From Phycisphaerae bacterium (GTDB lineage Bacteria > Planctomycetota > Phycisphaerae > JAAYCJ01), in NCBI GenBank assembly GCA_041658725.1, contig JBAZZQ010000003.1, positions 22,903 through 86,902 of the forward strand: a stretch of 64,000 nt of DNA, given 5' to 3'. Both the position numbers and the translations under genes were made by a program. Positions 19,001 to 26,597 of the stretch are shown one piece after another (within the stretch, counting starts at the first letter, position 1; each line of letters begins with the position of its first letter). The notes beneath the pieces are model-generated. The model was not told the origin of the DNA and did no database searches. It saw only the letters and a list, made by a program, of their open reading frames with translations.

Positions 19001-19430
19001 TTCCCCGCAGACGCAAACTGTTTTCTGGCCCGCCACCTCGTTTGCGGTGACGGTTGGGAATACCGGAGGCGGTGCCCTAAGCTGGACGGCCCAGGTAATT
19101 TCTGGAACAGACTGGCTTTCCATTAACGTGGCCAGTGGGACCGATCACGGGACGATTCTCGTGACCGCCGCACAAAACTCCTCCGCTGCCCGAACGGGAA
19201 TCATCCGCGTGACGTCCGGTTCCGTATCCAAAGACGTTACGGTGGTGCAGGGCGGGCCCGTGACCATCCCCGGAGATGTCAACGGGGACGGCGTGGTCAA
19301 TGCGGACGATCTGTCGATCGTGCTGACGAATATGGATTCCAAGCCTCCGACGGATGCCCGTGCGGACTTGGATCAGGACGGTGAAGTCACATCGTCCGAC
19401 CTGGCGATCGTGCTGGCAAATATGCCATAA
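16041..19430 (+). CDS. Secreted multidomain glycoside hydrolase paralog: 2x LamG-like modules, GH-A clan domain, BACON-like domain, C-terminal type-I dockerin
   Basis: 1129 aa. The GH core is about 75% identical to gene 9366 (YWEIGNEPSSNLS, LAITEWNPNYS). C-terminal dockerin repeats are DVNGDGVVNADDLSIVL and DLDQDGEVTSSDLAIVL. Confidence 0.85.
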   Translation: MGTRKIGYGVMLVSLSIILAHTAVSQATPDYLIFGADYNYSGVVNANESITGSTELRPEGSGGGDSQGTITQVTGGKYGGGMLVAAMGNDQRTRYSLPSGYDAYNGMVEVWFKTSNADDKLTLLVVGEDNLVRWDPSTGNLTAYLGSAGMTWYAGNIADGNWHHVALSWGDSANWKKGKRLWFDGANVAWSDTNYSVMNPATYLGTQEGNAAGGNGDVYFDELHLYGPGWQNLVYNLGGAPGYFGEVGPLAEALPGTTPVGMVFGADYNSAGIINANTSSTASKNVRAPGSGPEDSYGLSFQLADGKWGGGMKVLPDQSNSRVRYDVPSGFSSDNGMVEVWFKMTGTNNSDTNLIDLGGGNFLRWEVSSGDLVAAMGAAVVRYNVGRIDDNTWHHAAISWGAGGTWKRGKRLWFDGANRNWNDGDFTPLSGVTHIGIGAPGYGGGDTAIIYDELHVYDVRYNDLVYLAPSQGEPGYSATIGPLFPALATPTTVYTINTAGGTSFSPGVRGHHPECVGVHRGEYLRGIPKVLAVSDGTFLRGLAAGMKAETYDWRNRFEYGVPANGLGQPTIDFLRYQRDRNSTMINTVNTRGLTRQSGTTCEYYDTNITTLTNLAADWVRYTNHIVPTYRLGNTITDPRDAGILNSLSWKTEGDTADQFEPLLFAQESAVPKVMYWEIGNEPSSNLSATNSYVLTPAQYRARYQAITAAMKAEDTTIKVGPSDVTAGTYIDEVVSDSSLPVDIVYYHATFSGDLGSLTDSSQIQNFLNNIYSGQQSLKNGITSIISASGRDPATIPLAITEWNPNYSLADTPSVGRMSHALGCMETVFSFARLGIFDANYLKYPADCRDGMEYPVYKAWQALNDHMGDVLVDVHTETDFRMYTTKNSATGQVAVWGLNFSDANDKTMQITLDQLPQGVTNATWMRLGALSGTSTLLSGNISWYDGGPQVDVDWRTWDVSGISTSSLTFQVPRASMCVLVVGTSSLKVSPQTQTVFWPATSFAVTVGNTGGGALSWTAQVISGTDWLSINVASGTDHGTILVTAAQNSSAARTGIIRVTSGSVSKDVTVVQGGPVTIPGDVNGDGVVNADDLSIVLTNMDSKPPTDARADLDQDGEVTSSDLAIVLANMP

Positions 19431-19591
19431 GAAAGTGTACAATAGAACGACATATAGGAAGAAAATGTGTTCCCTACGGAACCCGTAGTACATAAATGCC
19501 CTTTCAGGGCTGTGGCGGTCCGCCTGACCGTGGACCGCTGCAATCGAAGAAGTAGTCGAGTAGGCAAGTAAAAAAAGTAGGAAGAAAAACC

Positions 19592-20362
19592 ATGGAGGTT
19601 GCTTTGAATCCAAAATCGAAAATTCAAAATCCCATACACGGTTTTACCCTTATTGAACTCCTGGTCGTGGTGGCAATCATCGCGGTGCTGATCTCGATTT
19701 TGCTTCCGGCGCTGAGCCAGGCAAGGGAGACGGCCCGCGCAGTATCCTGTTCCAGCAACCTGCATCAAATGGGGCTTGGGTTTATGATGTATGCGTCCGA
19801 CTACCAGGAGAAATTCCCTCCCTATGCGACCAGCAGCAATTGGGGGCGGTTTGCCTGGAAAATCGAGTGGTGGCCAAGTAACTCGTGCACAGGGCCACGG
19901 GTCCTGGCGGAAAAGAATTACATCGATCACAGCGGAGGGCTTTACGCGTGCGCCGCGGCCAAGCATCCCAGCGGGGCGGCTTACTATCGATGGTCTTCCT
20001 GGATGTTGGACGCCGAGCCGCCCGGAGCTATGGATTATGCGTACCTGGGAAACAATTATTTTTTGTCCGACTATGGCCGGGGATATGCCTATTCGCCCGC
20101 GGGATTAAATTCCCGATTCTACTTGACGAAGATCGAAAGCGCTGATGTCACCGGGTTTCCCTTGATGCAGGACTGGGCCTCCGATTATTGGTATACGTGG
20201 AACGAGTCCCCCCAGAACATTACCTGGCACCAGAAAAAGATGAACGTTCTCATCGTAGACGGCCATGTGACCACCGTCAATTACATGGACAACCGCCATT
20301 GGGCCACGTATACGGGATTTTGTTTCAACGGCTCCGGGCTGGGGTACGCCTACCAACCGTAA
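19592..20362 (+). CDS. DUF1559 / H-X9-DG domain protein with prepilin-type N-terminal cleavage/methylation domain (pseudopilin-like)
   Basis: N-terminal [31 protein letters not shown]-terminal [15 protein letters not shown] fits the H-X9-DG pattern. 256 aa. Confidence 0.85.
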   Translation: MEVALNPKSKIQNPIHGFTLIELLVVVAIIAVLISILLPALSQARETARAVSCSSNLHQMGLGFMMYASDYQEKFPPYATSSNWGRFAWKIEWWPSNSCTGPRVLAEKNYIDHSGGLYACAAAKHPSGAAYYRWSSWMLDAEPPGAMDYAYLGNNYFLSDYGRGYAYSPAGLNSRFYLTKIESADVTGFPLMQDWASDYWYTWNESPQNITWHQKKMNVLIVDGHVTTVNYMDNRHWATYTGFCFNGSGLGYAYQP

Positions 20363-20386
20363 GGCGGTGTCCGCTTTTTATTATCC
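20363..20386 (+). terminator. Possible weak rho-independent terminator (GGCGG-tgt-CCGC + TTTTTATTAT)
   Basis: Short GC stem followed by a T-tract directly after the DUF1559 stop codon. The stem is only 4-5 bp. Confidence 0.3.
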
Positions 20387-20398
20387 TGAAAGGTTTCC

Positions 20399-23300
20399 AT
20401 GCCGACAAAAACGATGAATTGGATCGTGTTGTTTTTTTTTCTTTCGCTTCTCGCTCGGTCTGTCGCGGCAGATGAGCCAAGCCCCGGGCCGTATCACCTG
20501 ATCTTTGGCATCGGCCTGCATGACGAAGGGGCCTTCACCCCCGTCGGTCAATCCGACGGCATGACGTTCATTGTCGAGCTGCGGTGCGATAACGAAACAA
20601 AAGAGATCTTTCGCCGTCACCGGCCCAAGGAGAACCATGCCCCGGAATATTTCTCGGCGGATATGTCACCGTGGGCGGGACGAACGATCCGGCTGCGGTT
20701 CATCGCCGATCCGGGGCCGAACCACAATGCCGCCTACGATTGGGGCGTTTGGATCGAACCGCGAATCGTCCGCGGGGTTGTACCCCCCAAGTGGTGGGAA
20801 CGGAAAAACCTGTTTCAAAGCGACAAACTTCGGGTCATCTTCGATGCCGTCGACTCTTATGAAAAGGCAACCCTCGGAGTTGGAGATAAAATCGGCTTGC
20901 GGGCAGGAGCTCAATTTAATCCCTGTTCCGTTCCGATCGGTTGGGGACTTCTTGGGTTTGCGGAAAAGTATAGCGGAAAGAAAAAAGTCCGCGGTATCCT
21001 GCACGAACCGGCATGGGATAACGAAGCCACCCTGAGTTGGGCACAATACACGTTGGTCCTGAACCTGGCGGGAACGCTCGTGAGTTCCGACACCGGCTCG
21101 AACACTAAGCGGATGGACACCTCGCAAGCGGCCCGAGCCGTTCGCCGACTTGACGAGGCCGCAACTCTGGGAAAAGAGTTGGATGCCCTGATCGCCCGGG
21201 GCCGGCGCCAGGGGTTGCAGATGCGGATGCCTCGGGTGACCGCGGCTGTGCTCAAGGTCTTTGTTCCGCGGCTCCGTGAGGATTTGGACGGGATTGCCTG
21301 GTACTGCGGACCGAATTTCCCCGGTTGGTTTTACAATAAAGGTACTCCGCCGGGATACGTCACGGTCAAAGTCAAAATGGCGGAAAAATCGCCCAAGGAC
21401 ATCTATCCCCCGGCTTTCATCGAGGAACGAAAACAGCGGGGAATCCTGCTCGCTCCCTACTTGGTGCAGACCGCGGGTCGTGCCCTGGCCGAGGCCCGCG
21501 AAATCCTCGCCCATCCCGAGGCGGATGTCAAGTTTCCCGAATATGATATGGGGAAATTGAAAATTCGCGACGGCTATTTCTATGACGGCGATCAACCCGC
21601 TCTCCTGACGGGTCTTTACACCAATCGGGACGTTAAACAAGACTATGACGCCATCTCGGAGATGGGGATATGCTTTACCCAGCCCGAGCGGTTGAACGTG
21701 TTTACCACCCTCGTTGGAGAGCAAGAAACCAGTCGAGGCTTCATCGATTCCTTTGTAGTTCGGGATACCCTGGAACCCGCTGGAAAGGCCAACATCGGTT
21801 GCCTCTTTGACCTGGGCTTACATTACCTGCCGGAGTGGGCGTATAAGAAATATCCCGACCTGACCAATCCGGGTTCGGACCACAATCACTACGCCCCTTA
21901 TCTGGTGACGTCGAAGGGCTTCCGCGACGTTGTCCGATGGTACCTGGACCAACTCGTTCCCACGACGGCCAAGTTTCCCATGACTCTGGGCTACGAGATG
22001 GGCAATCAGCCCTTCCTGAATCCCTGGTCGCCGGCGGTAATCCGTCAATTCCAAGATTGGGCGAAAATGGAATACAAGACGATCGATGCCGCCAACCAAC
22101 AATGGCTCAGTACCTTTACGTCCTTCTCCCAAGTTCAACCCGATAAGAATTTCCGGTTGATCCAGCCGGTGGGTCTGCGTTACGATTGGGTGAAATTCCA
22201 ACATCGGATCACCGGGGAATGGTACCGCTGGCTGAAGGCCGAATTGAACAAACACGATCCCCACGGCTGGGTGGAAGTCCAGCCGGCGGGCAACTTTTTT
22301 GATCCGCAGAAGTTTCCCGGCCACGATGCCCATCGCGTCGCCATCGACGAAGTTGACCTCTACCGAAATATTACGGATATCAGCGGGATCGACGCCTGCA
22401 CGTGGTTCTGGGGCCGGTTGGTCTACGACCAGGGCGGACAGTTTTACGACCTGCTGCGTTCGATCGCCCCGGCCAAGCCAATCGTTAATTTTGAGTACGG
22501 CCTGAGTACCTACAATTCCAAGACAATCTGGGACCCGGCCTACATCCGTGGGTCGTTGTGGTACAGTTATCTCCACGGAATGGGTGGCTGCACGACATGG
22601 ATATGGACCCTCGCGGAAGAACGCGATGAAACCCAAACCAATACCCTGGCCCGGTGGCCTGACAGGATCGAAACCTTCGGACGAACGGCCTTGGAACTCC
22701 GCCGCCACGCCCGGGCGATTGCGGCCTTCGGACGACCCTCGTCCGAGGTGGCCATGCTGTATCCGGCCCCCGCCCGGTGGTTCGCGGGAACAGGGCCGAG
22801 CGACTATTTTGAACAAGCCCGTGCCATGTGGAACGCCGCGTCCTTCCTCGATACTTCATTTGATTTTATCACCGATGAACAAATTACCGAAGGCCGATTG
22901 ACCCGCTATAAAATCCTGCTCATTCCATCGTCACCATACATGCAGGACGGCAGTTATCGGCATATTCAGAAATTTGTCCATCAGGGCGGAATTCTTCTCA
23001 CCAACGGCGGGTTGGGCTTCGACGCTTATGGCCATTCGCGTGAGACGGAGGATTTCCTGGGTTCCGCCCGGAATGCGGACCACTATGCCGTGGCCAGGGA
23101 AGCCGGAAAGAAATTCGGGCGCGGGATAGTGTATAACGTCCTTCCTACCTCGGCCGGAGCGTATGGTCTCCTGTTCCGGAGAATTTATGACCAAGCGGGG
23201 ATATCACGCCCGGTCCGTGTGAAAATGCAAACTGGATTGCCCAATTGGACAATCGAGGCCCGAACGGTAAAGGAAACGGATCGGGCTAACCAATATCTTT

Positions 23301-23470
23301 TTTATTGCTTCAACCTTGGAAACCGGGCAGAACAGATATTGATAACACTCCAGAAGGGTATGGTCATAGCGGGAAGGGACTTGATTTCGAACCGAAAATT
23401 TGAACCTGTGATTACGTTGAATCCTCTGGAAATTTGCATGTGGCGGTTTGTGAAATCGGATACAAAATGA
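20399..23470 (+). CDS. Secreted GH42-like glycoside hydrolase with ~330-aa N-terminal extension
   Basis: - 1023 aa with a signal peptide.
- TLGYEMGNQPF...FQDWAKMEYKTIDAANQQW resembles the GH42 acid/base region (xNEYG...W.kkYgtldaLN.aW).
- YKILLIPSSPYMQDGSYRHIQKFVHQGGILLT resembles the GH42 middle (trimerisation, GATase-like) domain. Confidence 0.5.
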   Translation: MPTKTMNWIVLFFFLSLLARSVAADEPSPGPYHLIFGIGLHDEGAFTPVGQSDGMTFIVELRCDNETKEIFRRHRPKENHAPEYFSADMSPWAGRTIRLRFIADPGPNHNAAYDWGVWIEPRIVRGVVPPKWWERKNLFQSDKLRVIFDAVDSYEKATLGVGDKIGLRAGAQFNPCSVPIGWGLLGFAEKYSGKKKVRGILHEPAWDNEATLSWAQYTLVLNLAGTLVSSDTGSNTKRMDTSQAARAVRRLDEAATLGKELDALIARGRRQGLQMRMPRVTAAVLKVFVPRLREDLDGIAWYCGPNFPGWFYNKGTPPGYVTVKVKMAEKSPKDIYPPAFIEERKQRGILLAPYLVQTAGRALAEAREILAHPEADVKFPEYDMGKLKIRDGYFYDGDQPALLTGLYTNRDVKQDYDAISEMGICFTQPERLNVFTTLVGEQETSRGFIDSFVVRDTLEPAGKANIGCLFDLGLHYLPEWAYKKYPDLTNPGSDHNHYAPYLVTSKGFRDVVRWYLDQLVPTTAKFPMTLGYEMGNQPFLNPWSPAVIRQFQDWAKMEYKTIDAANQQWLSTFTSFSQVQPDKNFRLIQPVGLRYDWVKFQHRITGEWYRWLKAELNKHDPHGWVEVQPAGNFFDPQKFPGHDAHRVAIDEVDLYRNITDISGIDACTWFWGRLVYDQGGQFYDLLRSIAPAKPIVNFEYGLSTYNSKTIWDPAYIRGSLWYSYLHGMGGCTTWIWTLAEERDETQTNTLARWPDRIETFGRTALELRRHARAIAAFGRPSSEVAMLYPAPARWFAGTGPSDYFEQARAMWNAASFLDTSFDFITDEQITEGRLTRYKILLIPSSPYMQDGSYRHIQKFVHQGGILLTNGGLGFDAYGHSRETEDFLGSARNADHYAVAREAGKKFGRGIVYNVLPTSAGAYGLLFRRIYDQAGISRPVRVKMQTGLPNWTIEARTVKETDRANQYLFYCFNLGNRAEQILITLQKGMVIAGRDLISNRKFEPVITLNPLEICMWRFVKSDTK

Positions 23471-23626
23471 CCACCATCAACGGGGGTTAGAGAAAATTTG
23501 AAACCTCTCCATAAGAGTCGGTGAGTATAATGAAGGTAGCAGGCGATAAGCAGTCGGTAATTTTGTTAGGATCGGCAATTGAATCGGCAGAGTGAAGTTC
23601 ATACATATCCCTTTGGTAAACCGGCA

Positions 23627-26593
23627 ATGCGACCCAGACGTTATGGGAAGGTCACCGGTTGGATAGGTCTTGTTTTTCTTATTGTCGGGAGCCCAAATCA
23701 ATTCGGTGTCCAGGCGGAACCGGTAACCCTCCATTTATGGAACATTCCTCCCAAAAGTTCAACCCAGCCCCTGGAGATCGCCCGGCGGCGGACGTTTGAC
23801 GCTTTCTGCCGACTACATCCCGAGATCAAGGTCCAAGCCATGGTCCCCATGAAGATCGAGGGACCGGCCGCGGAAGGCAATGAATTTCTGGCCGTGGCCG
23901 GGGGCGTGGCCCCGGATGTCTTTTACCTCTTTGGCCGAAAGATCGGAGATTATTACAGTCAAGGCTTTCTGGAACCCCTGGATTCCTATCTGGCCGGTTA
24001 CGTCAAGGCGACGGGAAGGCCTTACGTCGGGATCAATGCTCCCTCCCCGGTCTGGGAACTTTGTCCGATCAACCATCGGATTTATTCTGTACCTTACCTG
24101 TACTACTCCATGGCCCTGATGGCTCGAAAGGACCTGTTTGCTCGAGCGGGAGTGCCGTTAAAACCCTTGGCAGACTGGGAGGAACTTTATACGACGGCCC
24201 GGCGGCTGACCTGGCTGCCGGACAAAGAGCCGGACGCCAAGCCGGGGGATAAAGGCGTGTACGGCCTGCATTTTCGGACGGGGGTCTATGCGGGTTGGCA
24301 CATGCTCCAGTACATCTGGAGTTCTGGGAGCGAGGTCGTCCGGTCCTATTTTCCTCGACCGGAGGGAACGCTTGTCGAGGTCCCTCCCCCGCCCGTTGAC
24401 TATCGGCAGTGGGGGATCGCGATCAGTGATGCCAATCGCTATTACCCAAAACTCCTGGAACTGGAGGCCCGCCTTCGGGCCCTGAAAGTGCCATCCGATT
24501 ACGGTATGACCGATCTGACGTGGCGGCTCGATGTGGATAACCCGCAAGGGGCGGCGGTCCTGGCCTTCATCCGGCGATTGGTCCATACGCCCTGGCTTCG
24601 CTGCGCCAAGGACCACCCGAACCGTGAATTCGACCTGACTCCTAAGATGCAAACGACCCGGCTCGCCCGGTGCCCGATCTGCCGGACAGAGGTGGATATT
24701 TCCCGGCCCGATGGCCGACGGCGAGTGTATACCGGCGTGGTGTCCGATGACGACGGAACCAACACCCGAAACCTCCGTATCGAGTTCGCGATGAAGATCG
24801 GGGTGCTGGAAGAGGTATCCGATCCCTTGGAGGTAACTACCCTGGCACCTCTGCCGTTTCCGAGCCGGACCCGGGACATTCCGCGGGCCGCCTTCATTGC
24901 CGGGCACTACCTGGCGATCAATGCCACTCAGAAAGACCCACGGGTCAAGGAGGCGGCCTGGAAGTACATCGACTTCATGACCGGTCCTGAGGCCCAGCGG
25001 ATTCGGGTGGAGACCTACGTCGATTACGGCCTGGCGGAATTCATCCGTCCGGCCAACCTCCAAGCTCTTGGCTATGAGGTGGAATTAAATCGAATCCCCA
25101 AGTCTCGACTGGTCCTATGGGATGAACTCGAACGCCACGCCCGCGTCGAACCTTACTGCCGGGGCTTTCAGCACGTGATGACCCGGGAACTAGGAATGAC
25201 CATTGATGGAATCCTCGGGGACAAACCTGATTCCCTTGGCGTGTTTCATCGCGATCCCCAGATCCTGCTGGCCGAGACTTGCCGCCGGGTCAATACGATG
25301 ATTCTGGGTGAAATGCCGAAAGAGGTTCTGCACCGGCGGGAAAGGATCGGCTGGCTGATCGGGGTCGTCGTCCTCGGCTTGCTGGGTTTGGGAACCTATG
25401 GCACGATCCGCTTCGCCGTCCGGATGCATCAGAAGGCCGCCGATCTGGAGGGCCTGGGAGTCCGGGGCAAGACCGGACGGCGGACGTTGGCTATCCTCAT
25501 CTTTCTGACCCCTGCGATTGGAACCATTCTCTTGTGGGGATACTATCCCTTGATCCGGGGGACGATCATGGCCTTTCAGGACTTCAAGATCCTCGGCGGC
25601 TCCCGGTTTGTCGGTCTCCGCAACTTCGTCGAAACCGCTAGCAGTCCGGAATTCTGGCGATACATGCTCCAGACGTTTGAGTTTCTCGGATTGAACTTGG
25701 CCATGGGATTCTTTGCCCCCATCGCTCTGGCCATCTTTCTGACCGAGGTGCCCCGGGGAAAAATCCTCTTTCGCACGATCTATTATCTCCCGGCGGTCAC
25801 CACGGGAATCGTGACATTGTTCCTGTGGAAACAATTGCTCTACGATCCGGCGCCTACGGGATTGATTAACGGCATTATCCTGTCTTTTAACGATCTTTCC
25901 CCTATATGGATGATCTTCCTAAAGGGATTACTCGTCGTTTTCCTGGTCTGCCTGATTCTGGGAAATGTGCGGTTGGGACTTAGTCGCGATGTTTCACTTT
26001 GGGGACGAATCATTCCGATGGTTATCGCCCTGGTGGGAACGATTTATTTTTTTTGGCGAGTGATTGAAATCTTGAGGGGTGGATCGCCGATGGCCCTGGC
26101 CCGGTGGTTTGCCGCTTCCTGGGCCTTCCGGCCGCAGGAGTTCCTGAAGGACCCGCACTTGGCCATGATTTGGATCATCATCCCGATGATCTGGGCGGGG
26201 GTGGGTCCCGGGTGCTTGATCTATCTGGCGGCCCTGAAGGGTATTCCCGAGGAGCAGTACGAGGCGGCCGATTTGGACGGCGCGGGAATTTGGTCGAAGA
26301 TCACGAACGTGGTCTTTCCGAATCTCTCCGCCCTGATCTTGATCAATTTTGTGGGGGCGGTCATCGGGGCCATGCAATCATCGTCCAATATTTTTGTGAT
26401 GACCGGGGGCGGGCCGGAGGATGTGACCATGACCGTGGGGTTATCGGTCTGGTTCAACGCTTACATGTTCTTGAACTTCGGCTTGGCCACCGCCCAGGCC
26501 TGGGTTCTTGGAGCCTTGCTCATCGGGTTTACCTTATACCAACTGCGTCTGCTTAACAGGATGCAATTTCGCACCACAAGTGCCAGGAGATAA
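23627..26593 (+). CDS. Fused ABC sugar transporter: family-1 solute-binding protein domain fused to MalF/UgpA-type permease
   Basis: An N-terminal TM anchor and a ~540-aa SBP-like domain are followed by a six-TM permease carrying the EAA loop YEAADLDGAGIWSKITNVVFP and YYLPAVTTGIVTLFLWKQL. 1004 aa from the ORF start at 23579; the in-frame ATG at 23627 (MRPRR...) is an equally plausible start. Confidence 0.8.
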   Translation: MRPRRYGKVTGWIGLVFLIVGSPNQFGVQAEPVTLHLWNIPPKSSTQPLEIARRRTFDAFCRLHPEIKVQAMVPMKIEGPAAEGNEFLAVAGGVAPDVFYLFGRKIGDYYSQGFLEPLDSYLAGYVKATGRPYVGINAPSPVWELCPINHRIYSVPYLYYSMALMARKDLFARAGVPLKPLADWEELYTTARRLTWLPDKEPDAKPGDKGVYGLHFRTGVYAGWHMLQYIWSSGSEVVRSYFPRPEGTLVEVPPPPVDYRQWGIAISDANRYYPKLLELEARLRALKVPSDYGMTDLTWRLDVDNPQGAAVLAFIRRLVHTPWLRCAKDHPNREFDLTPKMQTTRLARCPICRTEVDISRPDGRRRVYTGVVSDDDGTNTRNLRIEFAMKIGVLEEVSDPLEVTTLAPLPFPSRTRDIPRAAFIAGHYLAINATQKDPRVKEAAWKYIDFMTGPEAQRIRVETYVDYGLAEFIRPANLQALGYEVELNRIPKSRLVLWDELERHARVEPYCRGFQHVMTRELGMTIDGILGDKPDSLGVFHRDPQILLAETCRRVNTMILGEMPKEVLHRRERIGWLIGVVVLGLLGLGTYGTIRFAVRMHQKAADLEGLGVRGKTGRRTLAILIFLTPAIGTILLWGYYPLIRGTIMAFQDFKILGGSRFVGLRNFVETASSPEFWRYMLQTFEFLGLNLAMGFFAPIALAIFLTEVPRGKILFRTIYYLPAVTTGIVTLFLWKQLLYDPAPTGLINGIILSFNDLSPIWMIFLKGLLVVFLVCLILGNVRLGLSRDVSLWGRIIPMVIALVGTIYFFWRVIEILRGGSPMALARWFAASWAFRPQEFLKDPHLAMIWIIIPMIWAGVGPGCLIYLAALKGIPEEQYEAADLDGAGIWSKITNVVFPNLSALILINFVGAVIGAMQSSSNIFVMTGGGPEDVTMTVGLSVWFNAYMFLNFGLATAQAWVLGALLIGFTLYQLRLLNRMQFRTTSARR

Positions 26594-26597
26594 GTCC

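Noticed and set aside
19255-19430. Dockerin taken as evidence for a cellulosome
   Set aside because: Dockerin-like modules occur widely outside cellulosomes, and no cohesin or scaffoldin is present in the window. Only a partner-binding role is inferred.
22000-22030. NQP instead of NEP in the GH42-like gene, considered as loss of the catalytic acid/base
   Set aside because: Alignment is ambiguous. The adjacent YEMG segment can be aligned to the GH42 NEYG motif with the Glu conserved, so inactivity cannot be claimed from sequence alone.
20666-22816. Two long minus-strand ORFs (352 and 332 aa)
   Set aside because: Both are antisense shadows of the GH42-like gene; the sense frame carries the recognisable motifs.
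26508-26597. Upstream extension of the second permease ORF (start at 26508)
   Set aside because: It would overlap the last 86 nt of the fused SBP-permease gene. The ATG at 26598 has a good AGGAGA RBS and begins directly with the TM1 region.
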